Shown here piece after piece: positions 30,466 through 41,472 of a stretch of 64,000 nucleotides of DNA. The notes under the pieces are model-generated. The model was given only the letters and a program-made list of their open reading frames with translations. It did no database searches and was not told the DNA's origin. Origin of the DNA: an uncultured virus (IMG/VR IMGVR_UViG_3300023184_000088) (Duplodnaviria > Heunggongvirae > Uroviricota > Caudoviricetes); IMG/VR virus record IMGVR_UViG_3300023184_000088, positions 1 to 64,000 of that record, one strand, 5' to 3'. Position 1 is the stretch's first letter, and every line of letters begins with the position of its first letter. A program made the position numbers and the translations under genes.

Positions 30466-32307
30466 TTATCTCAATTCTCTTAAGTCAAATGTTCTTACAC
30501 CATCTACAGTGATACGTCCGTAAAAACGGTTATTCACCATTTTCTTCGCGTATCTCGTCATAATCCCTTTAATTGGTGTAAAATTAAATGGGTTATACAT
30601 TGTAGGTGTTAATTGTAATGGTACGTATGGTGCGTAGATGTATCCTGTGTCTAACAATGATGTTCCTTTATGTCCAATTAACACTGTGTTAGCTGGGAAG
30701 TAAGGGTCACGGTAAACTTGGTAACGACCTGCTAATGTTCCAACTCTTTCAATACCCATGTTATATTGGTCTTGTTCAGGAGAAGCATTAGATACGTGGA
30801 AGTACTCTAAATCATCAAAGATAGCAGAAACCTCAGAAGATACAACAATCCAGTTTGCTCCACCTCTTAAAGTAGATTTGTGGATTTGTGCAGACAATTG
30901 GTTGATTGCTGTAATTAATGTTTGGTTCCAATCTTTTTGAGTATAAGAAGTTGTCAAAGATAAACGTTTCCAACCATTGTAATCCCATCTCAAGTTCCAA
31001 GCAGCACCTTTACGTAAATCTCTCAAGATTTCACGGTCAATTTCAGCAGCAACTTGTTCAGATAATAAAGCTGTTAATTCAGCTTCAGCATCGATGTTGT
31101 GGAAAGCCGCAACGTCTTGAGCTAACTCAGGAGACCATTGTGCTCTTAATTTTCTTTCTGTAACAGAAACAGTAACTGAATCTAATTCGAAAGAAACCTC
31201 ACCGATTTTATCTTCAAATTCTAATTCTTTATATCTTCTGAAAACACAAGAGAAGTCATCATTCGCTAATGTTCCAATTGTTGTTCCTGTGTAACCGTCT
31301 AAAGAGTCAGCACCACATGAAATACATACAGGACAAGATAAATCAACTTCTAAATAGATAATACCATCTCCACTACAGATATTATTATAGCTACCACCAT
31401 TACCATTAGTTGCCCAAGTAGTAGATGCTTGATTACCGTAAGCAACGATACCTTTACCGTATTGTTGAGTAACAACTCTAAACAATAAAGAATTAGGTGT
31501 ACCAGCAGCGTTAAATACTACATCACAAGGAGAAGCTCCTGACCAAGTACTATCTGTTGCGGTACCGTTAGCGAAAATTTTCAAATCAGATAAGAAAGTT
31601 TCAGAATCATATTCGTTACCATCAGGTCCGATTAATTTACCAGCACCAGAGTTAGCGAAACCTGACATTTTAACGATTACTTTTCTAATGTTTTGGTTAT
31701 TATAAGCTCCGTCAGCATCATCTAATCCACCATCAACCCAAGCTTGAACTGTTGTTGTAGCAGTAACTGCTGACCATTGTCCTTTAGAATAATCAAACAA
31801 TCCTGGAGGGTCTAATTGACCTTCATTTCCTTCATAGAATAAATCATAAAGATTTTTCTTGTAAGCTCCAGCACTGTCTCCGTAACCATCCCCAATTGCT
31901 GTTGCGTTACTGTTTGGTGCTCCGTATGGAGAATAGTGTTCTCCTGATTCAGATGCACTTCCGTTATCATATCCTTGAATTTTAGGTACAAAGAAGAATA
32001 ATTTACCGATTGGTAAATTCATTGCTTGTACAGATACGATTTCATTCGCTAATAATTTAGAGAATACTCTTCTTACGATAGGGAATACAACAGTTTCGAA
32101 TGAACCTGAAGACCCGTCAGAAGTAGCTTCGTTGATTAGGAAAGACGCTTGGTTCTCATATAATTGAGCTACGTTTTCTTTTAAGTGACCTTTAAGTCCT
32201 TCTAGGAATCCTAATTTATCCCATTTGTTAATTGTGTCTTCTTTAATAACTTTAAGGTGTTTTAACCCGATGTTACCAACTAGACCTGATTCTAATAATG
32301 CTCCCAT
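30466..32307 (-). CDS. Major capsid protein, T4 gp23-like
   Basis: VSVQAMNLPIG, RKLRAQWSPELAQD, DAEAELTALLSEQVAAEIDREI, YAPYVPL, FTPIKGIMTRY. Confidence 0.97.
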   Translation of the reverse strand: MGALLESGLVGNIGLKHLKVIKEDTINKWDKLGFLEGLKGHLKENVAQLYENQASFLINEATSDGSSGSFETVVFPIVRRVFSKLLANEIVSVQAMNLPIGKLFFFVPKIQGYDNGSASESGEHYSPYGAPNSNATAIGDGYGDSAGAYKKNLYDLFYEGNEGQLDPPGLFDYSKGQWSAVTATTTVQAWVDGGLDDADGAYNNQNIRKVIVKMSGFANSGAGKLIGPDGNEYDSETFLSDLKIFANGTATDSTWSGASPCDVVFNAAGTPNSLLFRVVTQQYGKGIVAYGNQASTTWATNGNGGSYNNICSGDGIIYLEVDLSCPVCISCGADSLDGYTGTTIGTLANDDFSCVFRRYKELEFEDKIGEVSFELDSVTVSVTERKLRAQWSPELAQDVAAFHNIDAEAELTALLSEQVAAEIDREILRDLRKGAAWNLRWDYNGWKRLSLTTSYTQKDWNQTLITAINQLSAQIHKSTLRGGANWIVVSSEVSAIFDDLEYFHVSNASPEQDQYNMGIERVGTLAGRYQVYRDPYFPANTVLIGHKGTSLLDTGYIYAPYVPLQLTPTMYNPFNFTPIKGIMTRYAKKMVNNRFYGRITVDGVRTFDLRELR

Positions 32308-32339
32308 TTTTTTGGTTTTTATTAATTTTTAGTTTATTT

Positions 32340-33800
32340 TTATTTTAATTTTCCCATTAAATCCTTCATTCTAAGGAATTGAGGATTTTCATAAGTTTTT
32401 GATTCAATTAAGTTAATCGCTGAACCTGATATTGGAGTTTTTTGAATTGCTCTTTCCATTGATTCGTTCATTGGTTGTGTAGTCTTAACTGAAAGTTCTT
32501 CTTTAAGATTTTGATATAAATTTTTAGATTCTTTGATAGTTTCAACACCGTCAAATCTTCTTAATATATTTATTTTTTCTTGTTTTGATGTTGAGTGTTC
32601 TGTAAACAAACGAGTAGCGTAAGCTAAGTTTGAATTAAATACTGCAACTTCATTCAATTTATTTCTAAATACATTAAGAGCTTTTCTATACTCTTCATTC
32701 TTTTCTCTAAGAATTGTTAATTCATTTGATTCTGTATTTTCAAATGTTAGATTTCTGTTAGGTGTAATACCTTTTCTTAATCCTCTACCTGATTTAGAAC
32801 CATTTCCGTATGTGTGTGCAGCTTCTTTAGTTTCTACTTTTTTAACGGACGATTTTTTAACCGGTGCTTTTTTAATGGCTTTAAATTCACCATCAAGATT
32901 TTCACCTTCTTTGTATTCAAATTTAGCTTTACCTGTTCCAACTGATTTTGGTGCTTCTTTTTTCTTCACATCAAATCCTTTTCCTTGGTTTGGTTTAGCA
33001 TCGTATTTGAATTTAGGACTTCCGATTCCAGTACCTTTAGGTTTTACAGACATTTTAGATTCCATAACAGGCTCCTCTTCGTCGCCCATATCGTCATCTT
33101 CATTCATCTCTTCTTCCTCTTCTTCGTCTTCTTCTTCGTCTTGTTCGTCCATTTCAATTTCATAAACTAATTCTTCAGACTCATCAAATTCTTCAAAATC
33201 TTCTTCGTCTTCATCATCTTCGTCTTCGTCATCAAAAGAAAATTCCTCTTCTTCTTCGTCGTTTCCAAAAATTCTTTCAACAATAGATTCGATAGATTCA
33301 TCTGATTCATCAAATTCTTCTGATTCATCAAATTCTTGATATTCATCGTCATCTTCTTCACCTTCTGTAACAATCATATATTCAGCGTCGGTTTCGTTGT
33401 CTTTAATATTAATGTTACCAGAATCATCTTTAGTAACAACAATATTATCGTCCGGACCCATCAATTTGAATACACGTAAGATTTCTTCGTCATCTTTAAT
33501 GTTAGTTAGGTCGATAACATCTTCATCATCTGAATCGTCATCGTCCATATCAAGGTTATCCATATCCATTTCATCACCTTCTTCATCGTCAGACTCTTCG
33601 TCCTCCATGTCAGGTAATTCCATGTCAATGTCAGTTTCAATCTCATCTTCTTCTTGTTCAGTTAGAGATTCTTTTACTAGTTCGTTGATTTCTTCCTTCA
33701 TAGTAGAAGCAAGTATTCCTTTTGCATTTTCAGCTACCGCTTCTTCCAAATTTTTCATTTGGATGATAGCTTCTTCAACTAAAGATTTTTCTTTTGCCAT
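32340..33800 (-). CDS. Prohead core/scaffold protein
   Basis: Very acidic coiled-coil protein directly upstream of MCP; ends RMKDLMGKLK. Confidence 0.8.
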   Translation of the reverse strand: MAKEKSLVEEAIIQMKNLEEAVAENAKGILASTMKEEINELVKESLTEQEEDEIETDIDMELPDMEDEESDDEEGDEMDMDNLDMDDDDSDDEDVIDLTNIKDDEEILRVFKLMGPDDNIVVTKDDSGNINIKDNETDAEYMIVTEGEEDDDEYQEFDESEEFDESDESIESIVERIFGNDEEEEEFSFDDEDEDDEDEEDFEEFDESEELVYEIEMDEQDEEEDEEEEEEMNEDDDMGDEEEPVMESKMSVKPKGTGIGSPKFKYDAKPNQGKGFDVKKKEAPKSVGTGKAKFEYKEGENLDGEFKAIKKAPVKKSSVKKVETKEAAHTYGNGSKSGRGLRKGITPNRNLTFENTESNELTILREKNEEYRKALNVFRNKLNEVAVFNSNLAYATRLFTEHSTSKQEKINILRRFDGVETIKESKNLYQNLKEELSVKTTQPMNESMERAIQKTPISGSAINLIESKTYENPQFLRMKDLMGKLK

Positions 33801-33914
33801 TTGTTTTATGTTATTTTAATATATAAATATATGATATTATGAAAAAAGCACATTTGTACTAATATTCACAACATCTTTTTATTTATTAATAAATATCACA
33901 AAAATGTAAAAAAC

Positions 33915-33942
33915 AAAAAAAGGAGACAAAATGTCTCCTTTT
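33915..33942 (-). terminator. Rho-independent terminator
   Basis: AAAAGGAGACA aaa TGTCTCCTTTT. Confidence 0.8.
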
Positions 33943-33964
33943 AGTTTAATTAATTAAAATTTTT

Positions 33965-34174
33965 TTATTCTATAACTTCGTTAATTTTACTTTCAACGAT
34001 AGCGGTTATTCTCCACTCCATAGAATAATTTTCAAATACTTTAGTGACTTTTGCCTCTACGTCAGTGGGATTATAACCACTAACCAATTTTTCTTCTCTT
34101 AACTTTTTAAGTTTTCCTGTTTCAGTATCTACTGAATCCAATGTAATTTTTGCGATGAAATACTTTTCGTCCAT
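33965..34174 (-). CDS. Small protein resembling DUF4494
   Basis: YFIAKI...GKLKKLREEKLV...TDVEAKV pattern recalled from Bacteroidota DUF4494. Confidence 0.5.
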   Translation of the reverse strand: MDEKYFIAKITLDSVDTETGKLKKLREEKLVSGYNPTDVEAKVTKVFENYSMEWRITAIVESKINEVIE

Positions 34175-34188
34175 AATGTTTAATTTTT

Positions 34189-34914
34189 TTAGTATCCTAA
34201 ATAATCGTTTAATTTTTTCATTAAGTCAAGTGATTTGTTTCCAGATTCACCAACTTGTCTTTCTATTTTCATTTTTTTCTCTTCTTCCAAATTCTCGTCA
34301 AAGTTAAATCTATCGTCAGGATTTTGAAAAAGGTACGCTCCCGGAGTAGATGGTGATGAAACTAAATCAAAACAGATTAATTCAAAATCGTCCTGTACTT
34401 CATTTTGTTCACCAACTTTTTTAAGAGACCCTACACCTCTTGAAGATATACCCAATGTAACACCTTGTCTAAGATAATTTGCTGCTAAATCACCTTTAGT
34501 TGATACAATCCCTCTTTCATGGAAACCCGGAGATGTTAATAACTTTATTTTACCCATTAAAACGGGTCCTTCCCACCATATCTCTGTAATTGCGTGAGAT
34601 ACTCTATCTAAATCAATTAACGACGATTCAGGATGATTTAATTCAGAAAGGGCGGTACCCTTATTAATCATTTTTTTATAATTCTCAGCCTCTCTTTTTA
34701 ATATTCTTTCAGGATACAATCTACCATTTCTATTTGGTGTGTTATATTTTTGTAGAACAGCATAAAATTCAAAAGGTTTTGAATGGTCTAAATCTTCTTT
34801 AGACTCTTTAATCATTGCGGCATTTTTTTTATCTGTCGGTGAAATAAACCCAGCATCTTCTTCAATTAATATTCCCCTCCCTATTTCATTTGGTTTTAAA
34901 ATTGTTAAATTCAT
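34189..34914 (-). CDS. Prohead core protease, T4 gp21-like
   Basis: NRNGRLYP, ELNHP, VSHAI, LGISSRGVGSL, FDLVSSPSTPGAY. Confidence 0.95.
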   Translation of the reverse strand: MNLTILKPNEIGRGILIEEDAGFISPTDKKNAAMIKESKEDLDHSKPFEFYAVLQKYNTPNRNGRLYPERILKREAENYKKMINKGTALSELNHPESSLIDLDRVSHAITEIWWEGPVLMGKIKLLTSPGFHERGIVSTKGDLAANYLRQGVTLGISSRGVGSLKKVGEQNEVQDDFELICFDLVSSPSTPGAYLFQNPDDRFNFDENLEEEKKMKIERQVGESGNKSLDLMKKLNDYLGY

Positions 34915-34937
34915 TTTGAATGTTTTATTTATAAATA

Positions 34938-35408
34938 TTAAACATTCTCAATTTGTACTGGTTCTTCTAACGATTTGATTTTTTTTGTTAGATAAAATTT
35001 AAAATTTTCATTTTCTAAAAAGTTATCTAAAAAGATTTGGTTAATAATTTCTTTTAGTGAATTTTTGATTTCATCGGATTTAAAGTCCATATCAGTTTGA
35101 ATTATAAAAAAATTAATTTCTAAATTCATAAAAGATTTTTTTCCGGTTGATAGACCGCTTGACCTTAAATCTAAATCAACAATAAAATTTGTATCAAAAA
35201 TTGTTTTGTCTAATGATTCATAGACTGAATGTTTTATACCTCTACTCATATTAAGAACTGTCCTTGTCCAGTTATTAGATTCGTAAATTGGTTCTACCCA
35301 CGTTTGAATGTTTAGGTAGAGAGATTTTAAACTCATTGAGTCGACTGTTCCGTATATTATTTTAGCAGTCTTAAACCCATGAATTTGTGAGGTTTTCCCC
35401 TTTTTCAT
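34938..35408 (-). CDS. Hypothetical protein
   Basis: 156-aa ORF. Confidence 0.7.
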   Translation of the reverse strand: MKKGKTSQIHGFKTAKIIYGTVDSMSLKSLYLNIQTWVEPIYESNNWTRTVLNMSRGIKHSVYESLDKTIFDTNFIVDLDLRSSGLSTGKKSFMNLEINFFIIQTDMDFKSDEIKNSLKEIINQIFLDNFLENENFKFYLTKKIKSLEEPVQIENV

Positions 35409-35502
35409 TAATTTCCATATTTTCTCGTTTATTTTTTAAAAAAATAGGTGAAAATACCACAATAGTCAAAACTTTTTGGGAATATGGGGATATATGTAGT
35501 AT

Positions 35503-35697
35503 ATGTTAATAGTTAAATTAGATAAAAACACTACGATTGAGAGGGCTTTAAAACTTTATAAAAGTAAGGTAATAAAAACTCGACAAAGTTCTGAACTTGT
35601 TAAAAGAAAAGAATTTGTTAAAAAGTCTGTTATTAATAGAGCGGAAATTTCCAAGGCAAAGTATGTCCAAAAGAAATTTAAATCAAATAATGACTAA
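35503..35697 (+). CDS. rpsU: Phage-encoded 30S ribosomal protein bS21
   Basis: MLIV...IERALKLYKSK...ELVKRKEFVKKSV..R...KAKY matches the Bacteroidota bS21 pattern. Confidence 0.9.
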   Translation: MLIVKLDKNTTIERALKLYKSKVIKTRQSSELVKRKEFVKKSVINRAEISKAKYVQKKFKSNND

Positions 35698-36413
35698 AGA
35701 GTTTCGTTTAAACTTTTAAGTTTAAAATAAGTTAGTTTGTCGTATTTCTCAGAGATTACCTTGGATAGGGTATCATTGATTCTGCTATTAACTGAACTAT
35801 CATCGGAAGTAGATTTCATTTTAGTTAATTTATTAACAACACTTTCTTTAATCACATTAAAATCTTCGTTAAGGGTACTATCATCTTCAGATAGTAATTT
35901 AAACAATTCATCTTTATCAGATTCGTTTAATGATTCAATATAATTACTAATTGTTTGATTTGCGATACTAACCATTGCTTTTAAAGGTATATTAACACTT
36001 TCAGTTTTAGTGATAGGTAATTTTCTTAAATTTTCTGAAATAATTTTTTTACTTTTAATTCTTGATTCAATTGTTAAAACATCTCTTGAAAATAATTTAT
36101 CTATATTGTCGTATGAGTCGTTTGATTTAGAATCTTTAACCCATTCGTTTAATTTTTTAATTTCTGATGTAGATATTTTATTCACGGTATTTTCATATAT
36201 AGTAACACATTCATTAATGTAATCACTCACATATGATTCTGACAATGCTTTCGGTGAATTTAATTCATCGTACATATAGAAAATTTTACTGATGTTTTTA
36301 TTCTCTAACACCAATTTTTTAAAATTTTTTATTTCTTGTTTAAATGTTCCGTTATTATATGATTCTAATAACACATTTTCTATTTTCGATTTTAATATAC
36401 CAAACTTTGTCAT
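35694..36413 (-). CDS. Hypothetical protein of the head module
   Basis: Likely start MTKFG at 36413 after TATTTAT motif. Confidence 0.7.
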   Translation of the reverse strand: MTKFGILKSKIENVLLESYNNGTFKQEIKNFKKLVLENKNISKIFYMYDELNSPKALSESYVSDYINECVTIYENTVNKISTSEIKKLNEWVKDSKSNDSYDNIDKLFSRDVLTIESRIKSKKIISENLRKLPITKTESVNIPLKAMVSIANQTISNYIESLNESDKDELFKLLSEDDSTLNEDFNVIKESVVNKLTKMKSTSDDSSVNSRINDTLSKVISEKYDKLTYFKLKSLNETL

Positions 36414-36435
36414 TTTTCTTTTTTTATTATAAATA

Positions 36436-38301
36436 TCAATCATTTAGAAGTTTATTCAATTCAGTCTCAATATCTCCTAAAGAATTTCTAGATTTAGATA
36501 AATCTATATAAGAATCATCATCAATCATATTACCACTTTCTAATATGATATTCCAATTTTCTTTTCTTTTAAAGGATTCCGGGGTTATTTCAGCTTCACC
36601 ACTTGCTTCAGGTGCTGGTGGGAGTTCTTCAGTACCTAATTCAGGTTCTCCACCCAAATCCGATTCTCCACCAAAACTACCTCCACCAAAACTACCTCCA
36701 CCTCCCGGTGGTGCTGGTGCGGGAGCCTCAGCTGATTGAGTTGTCCCTGATTTACTACCATATAACTTATCAATATTATCAAATATACCTGTGTGAGATA
36801 TTATTGTTGCAGTATTTGTTAATTCAGCGCCAACAGCCTTTTCTATTCTTTGTTGTTGTAAATCTAATTTAATTTCATCATCAGAGAATCCTAATACATG
36901 TTTTTTAGCCCAAGTAACCGATACAGGTGCAATACCTTCTATTGCCGTTACAGCGTCTTTATACAATAATATTTTTTCTTTCCAAACATCAATTTTTAAT
37001 AAATCTGCTTGAGTTGATGGATTAGTTAAACTTAATCTAAAGTTGGATAATTCATCCTCAAAACCTAATAAAAATAAATGAACAATTGCGATTTTATTTA
37101 ATTCGGCAATCATACATTTTTGTATTCTATTGATAGTTCTTGCAAAACGAATATCCTGTAATGATAAATTTTTTCCATCACCAACAGTTTCTTCAAACCC
37201 TAAAAAGGCTTTAGGAACACGAAGTGCTGTTAATAATTTCTTTTGGATGTATTCTATATCGGCAATTTCTGCTAAATTCTGAGCTCCTGGTAATGTTTCT
37301 ATCGGTGATGTTGCCGCTGGGTCTCTAACAGGGATAAAATAATCTTGGTCAACCGCCATTTGATTAAATCTCATATCCACGTTTCCGGTTTTAGAATCAA
37401 CAATTTGGTCTCTTTTAAATTTATTGGCAACTCGTTGTACATATGGTTCAACATCCTTATCATCCATATTACCAACAAATACTTTAAAAACTCTTCTTTC
37501 AGGTGCTCTGGATGTTCTATAAATTAACATTGCATCTTCAGATAACAATAATTGTTTCCAAATACGTCTAGCCTTTTCTAACATAGAAGTACCATAAGGA
37601 AGTTTTCTATCATCACCCAATAATCTAAAATGAGCTACTTCCCAAGCATTAAACTCCATATCTTTAGCTTTCCACTTAAATCGTAATCCTTTGTTTTCAG
37701 CGGGTTCATCAACATTCGCTGATTTTGCGGCCATACCTCTTTCTAATCTTTCAATCTCTATGTTTGGTAATTGCATACAACCAACAATACCTTTTTCAGC
37801 GTCAAGTTTTAAATACACAAAATTATCACCATATTTACAAGTGTTTCTTGTCCACATTGGTAAATTGGTGTTAAGGTCTAATACATTGTTAAATAAATCT
37901 GAAATAATCCCTTTTATCCTTTTTGATTCTGAATAAATTTGTAACATATGACCATTTTGGTCAACTGTGGTTGATTCTTCACCATAAATGTCTAACGCCG
38001 CGGAAATTTCTGGTGTATATTCCATACTCTCATAATCATAAAATGATGCTAAACGAGTTGGTTCATAATAAACGGCTTGAGTGTATAAATTACTTTCAAT
38101 TTTTGTCCACTGATTAGCTAAATAATATGTTTGTTGAGCCTGAAGTTTTTCTCTCTCATACTCGGCTTGAGATGTAGTTTTTAATAATTCTTTCTTATCT
38201 AACTTATATGTTGGGTAATCTTGATTTAATAGAGCATTTGGTCCAAAAGCTCTGGATAATCTTTGCCAAACAGTTAAGTCATTATTTTGGTTATTTTCCA
38301 T
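36436..38301 (-). CDS. Portal protein, T4 gp20-like
   Basis: PEISAALDIY, LSEDAMLIYRTSRAPERRVF, DYFIP, IETLPGAQNL, ALRVPKAFL. Confidence 0.95.
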   Translation of the reverse strand: MENNQNNDLTVWQRLSRAFGPNALLNQDYPTYKLDKKELLKTTSQAEYEREKLQAQQTYYLANQWTKIESNLYTQAVYYEPTRLASFYDYESMEYTPEISAALDIYGEESTTVDQNGHMLQIYSESKRIKGIISDLFNNVLDLNTNLPMWTRNTCKYGDNFVYLKLDAEKGIVGCMQLPNIEIERLERGMAAKSANVDEPAENKGLRFKWKAKDMEFNAWEVAHFRLLGDDRKLPYGTSMLEKARRIWKQLLLSEDAMLIYRTSRAPERRVFKVFVGNMDDKDVEPYVQRVANKFKRDQIVDSKTGNVDMRFNQMAVDQDYFIPVRDPAATSPIETLPGAQNLAEIADIEYIQKKLLTALRVPKAFLGFEETVGDGKNLSLQDIRFARTINRIQKCMIAELNKIAIVHLFLLGFEDELSNFRLSLTNPSTQADLLKIDVWKEKILLYKDAVTAIEGIAPVSVTWAKKHVLGFSDDEIKLDLQQQRIEKAVGAELTNTATIISHTGIFDNIDKLYGSKSGTTQSAEAPAPAPPGGGGSFGGGSFGGESDLGGEPELGTEELPPAPEASGEAEITPESFKRKENWNIILESGNMIDDDSYIDLSKSRNSLGDIETELNKLLND

Positions 38302-38409
38302 ATTAATAATTTAAATATTTTTTTTTATTAATAAATAGTCCATTTTTTTATAAGACATTATTAATTTTTTTAATTAATCTAATTGTAAACCGATAATACA
38401 TCTTTATTC

Positions 38410-39663
38410 TTATGGGTAAACATAGATATTAAAGTTATCAAAAAATGTTGTGTAAAACGTTGTTGTTGCACCAAAATTATAAAAATACCCAAAAGAATCT
38501 AATGGTGTTGATACATATGTTGAATCAGTAAACGTTGAACCTGCAACATATCCCGCATCTATTCTAGAGTCGGTAAATCCACTAGAACCGTCGTTTCTAA
38601 AGTCAACTCTCCAAGTATTAGGTGGGGTGTACGTTGCACGTATACTTAAATAATCGTTATCGGCAAATCCGGGCGATAAAGGTGTTCCATATAAATTTGT
38701 TATATTAGCATTTGATTGTAATCCTCCGGTAAATCTAACTAATCTCCATTGTCTATTTACTGACGCACTACCATAAATTAAAGCATAACCCGAACCATTT
38801 GTTAACACATCTGAACCATCAGATGCTAATATAACCGCTTGTCCGAAAAGACCTGAATCAAAACCTGTTAAAGGTGATGAATAATTACTCCTAACATTTA
38901 CTGACCATGTAACTGGTTTAGTATTTAAATTTAATTGTGAATTAAAATTAGGACTATTCACTAATGTATATGTAGACATAACATAAAGTCTACCCGTTGT
39001 ACTTCCTGATGAACCTCTCAACCTTAAATAGCGAGTTCCAGTCAGTATACTAATATCTCCACCATCTGTTATTGTTGAAGTGTAGCTAACTGATGGTACA
39101 CCTCCTGGACTAACCGGATTTCTTAAGAAATCGTCAACAAAAATATTAGTTCCTGGTGCTAACCCAGGAGTTAGAGTCATAGTAGGTGTTGGTGTATTTG
39201 TTGGCGTATAGGTTGGAGTTATTGATGGTGTTGGAGTATAGGTTGGTGTTATTGATGGAGTTGGTGTATAGGTTGGCGTTTGTGTATTTGTTGGCGTTAT
39301 AGTTGGCGTTTGTGTATTTGTTGGGGTATGTGTTGGAGTTCTTGTTGGTGTTGGGGTATGTGTTGGAGTTCTTGTTGGTGTTGGGGTATGTGTTGGAGTT
39401 CTTGTTGGTGTTGGGGTATGTGTTGGAGTTCTTGTTGGTGTTGGCGATAATCCAGGTGTTGGTGTCATTGTTGGTGTCATTGTTGGTGTTCTGGTAGGTG
39501 TTGGCGTAGGTGCTGGTTCAAAATATGATTCACTATCTTGAGAATTTTTACCTTTATTAAAATTAGGTAAGTTAACTTGTACGTTAAACACATTTTGTCC
39601 ATTAACGATTAATCGAGACCCCCCAATAATATTCCCTGATTTTTTTCTATTAACAAATCCCAT
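38410..39663 (-). CDS. PT-linker protein with C-terminal beta-rich domain paralogous to that of 4962..8618
   Basis: 417 aa; FVDDF.R..VSPGG.P...[11 protein letters not shown] shared. Confidence 0.8.
   Translation of the reverse strand: MGFVNRKKSGNIIGGSRLIVNGQNVFNVQVNLPNFNKGKNSQDSESYFEPAPTPTPTRTPTMTPTMTPTPGLSPTPTRTPTHTPTPTRTPTHTPTPTRTPTHTPTPTRTPTHTPTNTQTPTITPTNTQTPTYTPTPSITPTYTPTPSITPTYTPTNTPTPTMTLTPGLAPGTNIFVDDFLRNPVSPGGVPSVSYTSTITDGGDISILTGTRYLRLRGSSGSTTGRLYVMSTYTLVNSPNFNSQLNLNTKPVTWSVNVRSNYSSPLTGFDSGLFGQAVILASDGSDVLTNGSGYALIYGSASVNRQWRLVRFTGGLQSNANITNLYGTPLSPGFADNDYLSIRATYTPPNTWRVDFRNDGSSGFTDSRIDAGYVAGSTFTDSTYVSTPLDSFGYFYNFGATTTFYTTFFDNFNIYVYP
39321..39440. repeat. Four perfect 30-nt tandem repeats encoding a 10-aa Thr/Pro unit
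   Basis: ttggggtatgtgttggagttcttgttggtg at 39321, 39351, 39381, 39411. Confidence 0.95.
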
Positions 39664-39683
39664 CTTCTTTTAATTAATAAATA

Positions 39684-41453
39684 TTATCTTCCTCCAAATA
39701 ACCAACCATATTTCATATAATCATCTTTAGATACTTGGCTGGAACTAAATTGGTTTATTCTTTCGGTTAAATTTGGCATAACCGGATTAAAAGAAATGGA
39801 TTGTCCTATGTTCTGATTATTACTAACCGACCAAGAATCAATCATTGCTTTGGTATGTTCTGTTACTTTGGTTAAATTACTAAATGATGATTCTGCAACA
39901 TATGTTGCCATAGCAATTGACATAATTAAATCATCGTGGTGACCTTTTTGATGGTCAGGTCTACCATTCATATAGATAAAAGTATTCATTTCCCCACATA
40001 AACGAGTACTATAAATCTTAAATCCGTGTCTTAAAACTTCTTCAAAGGATGCGATAATCTGAACCCTTTTATTATTAAAATTTATTCCTGGTATTTTATC
40101 TAAAGCTTTTGGGTCATATTTCCATTTATTTGATGCGTCAATCCCATCAATATATAAATTTCTATATCCCATCTCTTGCATTTTTCTTGCCGTTGACACA
40201 CCCATTCCTCCGGTAATATCAATAACAACAAAACACGAATACATTGTCGCCCATTTATAGGCGATTTCTGCCATAACATCGGGTGGTATTTTCCCCACAT
40301 ATTCGGCGACTTGTTCATTAGTATCAAAATCAACAATTTGGAATGAACTAAAATCTTCACTATCACCCCTAGATACATCACAACCCATAATATATTTATG
40401 TCCGATAACTGGTTCTTTCCAAATCCAAAGAGCATTACCCATCATTTTACTAATAGGGTCTTTAACCATATTTTCATGGATTCCTTGCATCATTTTAGAA
40501 TCAAATACATTATCACCTGACCCAAGAAAATTACATTCTAACTCCTGCGATACTTTACGTTTGTCGTATTTTAATTTTTTAACCATCGCTTCAAACCAAG
40601 AAGAACAAGGTTTGTATCCATCATCCATTAAAACTCTTAATTCTTTATAGTCTCTTTCATATGGTGATATGTTAGCCCAACTAATGATTTCTTTTTCATC
40701 ATAATCTTCTTTATTTAAAAGATAATGGATTATATCATCGGTTTTAACCATATATAAATCTTTAGTATAACGAGGGTCACGATACCAAAACATTTCGGTA
40801 ATCTTGAAGTCATTCATACCTCTTAAGGCTTGGTCATAAATTTCGTAGTAAATTGGGTCGTATCCATTGGGTGTTGAAACCACAATTACTTTACCCCCCG
40901 TAGATAGGGATGCCATACAGGCAGACCAGAAGTCATTGTCGGCCTCAATAAACGCCGCCTCATCAAATATTAATATTGTAGGTGTAAATCCACGAAGTGC
41001 ATCCTTTGATGTTGCAACGGCTTTTACTTCACTACCATTAAGTAATTTATAATGTTTTTGAGCGTTTTTATCAGGTGAAAACCCAATACCAACCCAGTCA
41101 GGCCATTGAGCAACAAATGCTCTAATCTTGTTCGCCATCTCAATGGATGTGTCAAGTTTATTGGCAATAATTAAGACTTTCTCGGGTTTTGTTTTTTTTG
41201 CGAAAGATAATTTCATTGACGCCCAAGCTGCGGTAACGGTTGTTACGCCCGCTTGTCGGTATTTTAACGCAATATTTTCGTTGTTGTTTTCGTAATCCTC
41301 AAGTAAGGTTATTTGGTCGGGGAATAATTCTAATGGGACATATTTTGAAACAGTATTGTCATAAGTCTGTAGATACGTTTTTAATGCGTAACTTACATCC
41401 TTATGACATTTTACATATTCTATTAATACTTGTTCTCTTGTTAAATTTGACAT
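39684..41453 (-). CDS. Terminase large subunit, T4 gp17-like
   Basis: KYRQAGVTT Walker A, LIFDEAAF Walker B, STPNG, QELECNFLGSG, GCDVSRG, HDDLIM. Confidence 0.96.
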   Translation of the reverse strand: MSNLTREQVLIEYVKCHKDVSYALKTYLQTYDNTVSKYVPLELFPDQITLLEDYENNNENIALKYRQAGVTTVTAAWASMKLSFAKKTKPEKVLIIANKLDTSIEMANKIRAFVAQWPDWVGIGFSPDKNAQKHYKLLNGSEVKAVATSKDALRGFTPTILIFDEAAFIEADNDFWSACMASLSTGGKVIVVSTPNGYDPIYYEIYDQALRGMNDFKITEMFWYRDPRYTKDLYMVKTDDIIHYLLNKEDYDEKEIISWANISPYERDYKELRVLMDDGYKPCSSWFEAMVKKLKYDKRKVSQELECNFLGSGDNVFDSKMMQGIHENMVKDPISKMMGNALWIWKEPVIGHKYIMGCDVSRGDSEDFSSFQIVDFDTNEQVAEYVGKIPPDVMAEIAYKWATMYSCFVVIDITGGMGVSTARKMQEMGYRNLYIDGIDASNKWKYDPKALDKIPGINFNNKRVQIIASFEEVLRHGFKIYSTRLCGEMNTFIYMNGRPDHQKGHHDDLIMSIAMATYVAESSFSNLTKVTEHTKAMIDSWSVSNNQNIGQSISFNPVMPNLTERINQFSSSQVSKDDYMKYGWLFGGR

Positions 41454-41472
41454 ACATTGTCGTTTTGTTTGT

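Noticed and set aside
5040..39146. Paralogous domains as a DGR template/variable repeat pair
   Set aside because: Differences include indels and all base types, both copies are coding, and no reverse transcriptase is present
39321..39440. 30-nt repeats as a possible CRISPR array
   Set aside because: Head-to-tail with no spacers, in frame within a PT linker; no cas genes in the window
30466..41453. Inteins or introns in capsid, portal or terminase genes
   Set aside because: Reading frames are continuous and no intein splice-junction motifs were noticed
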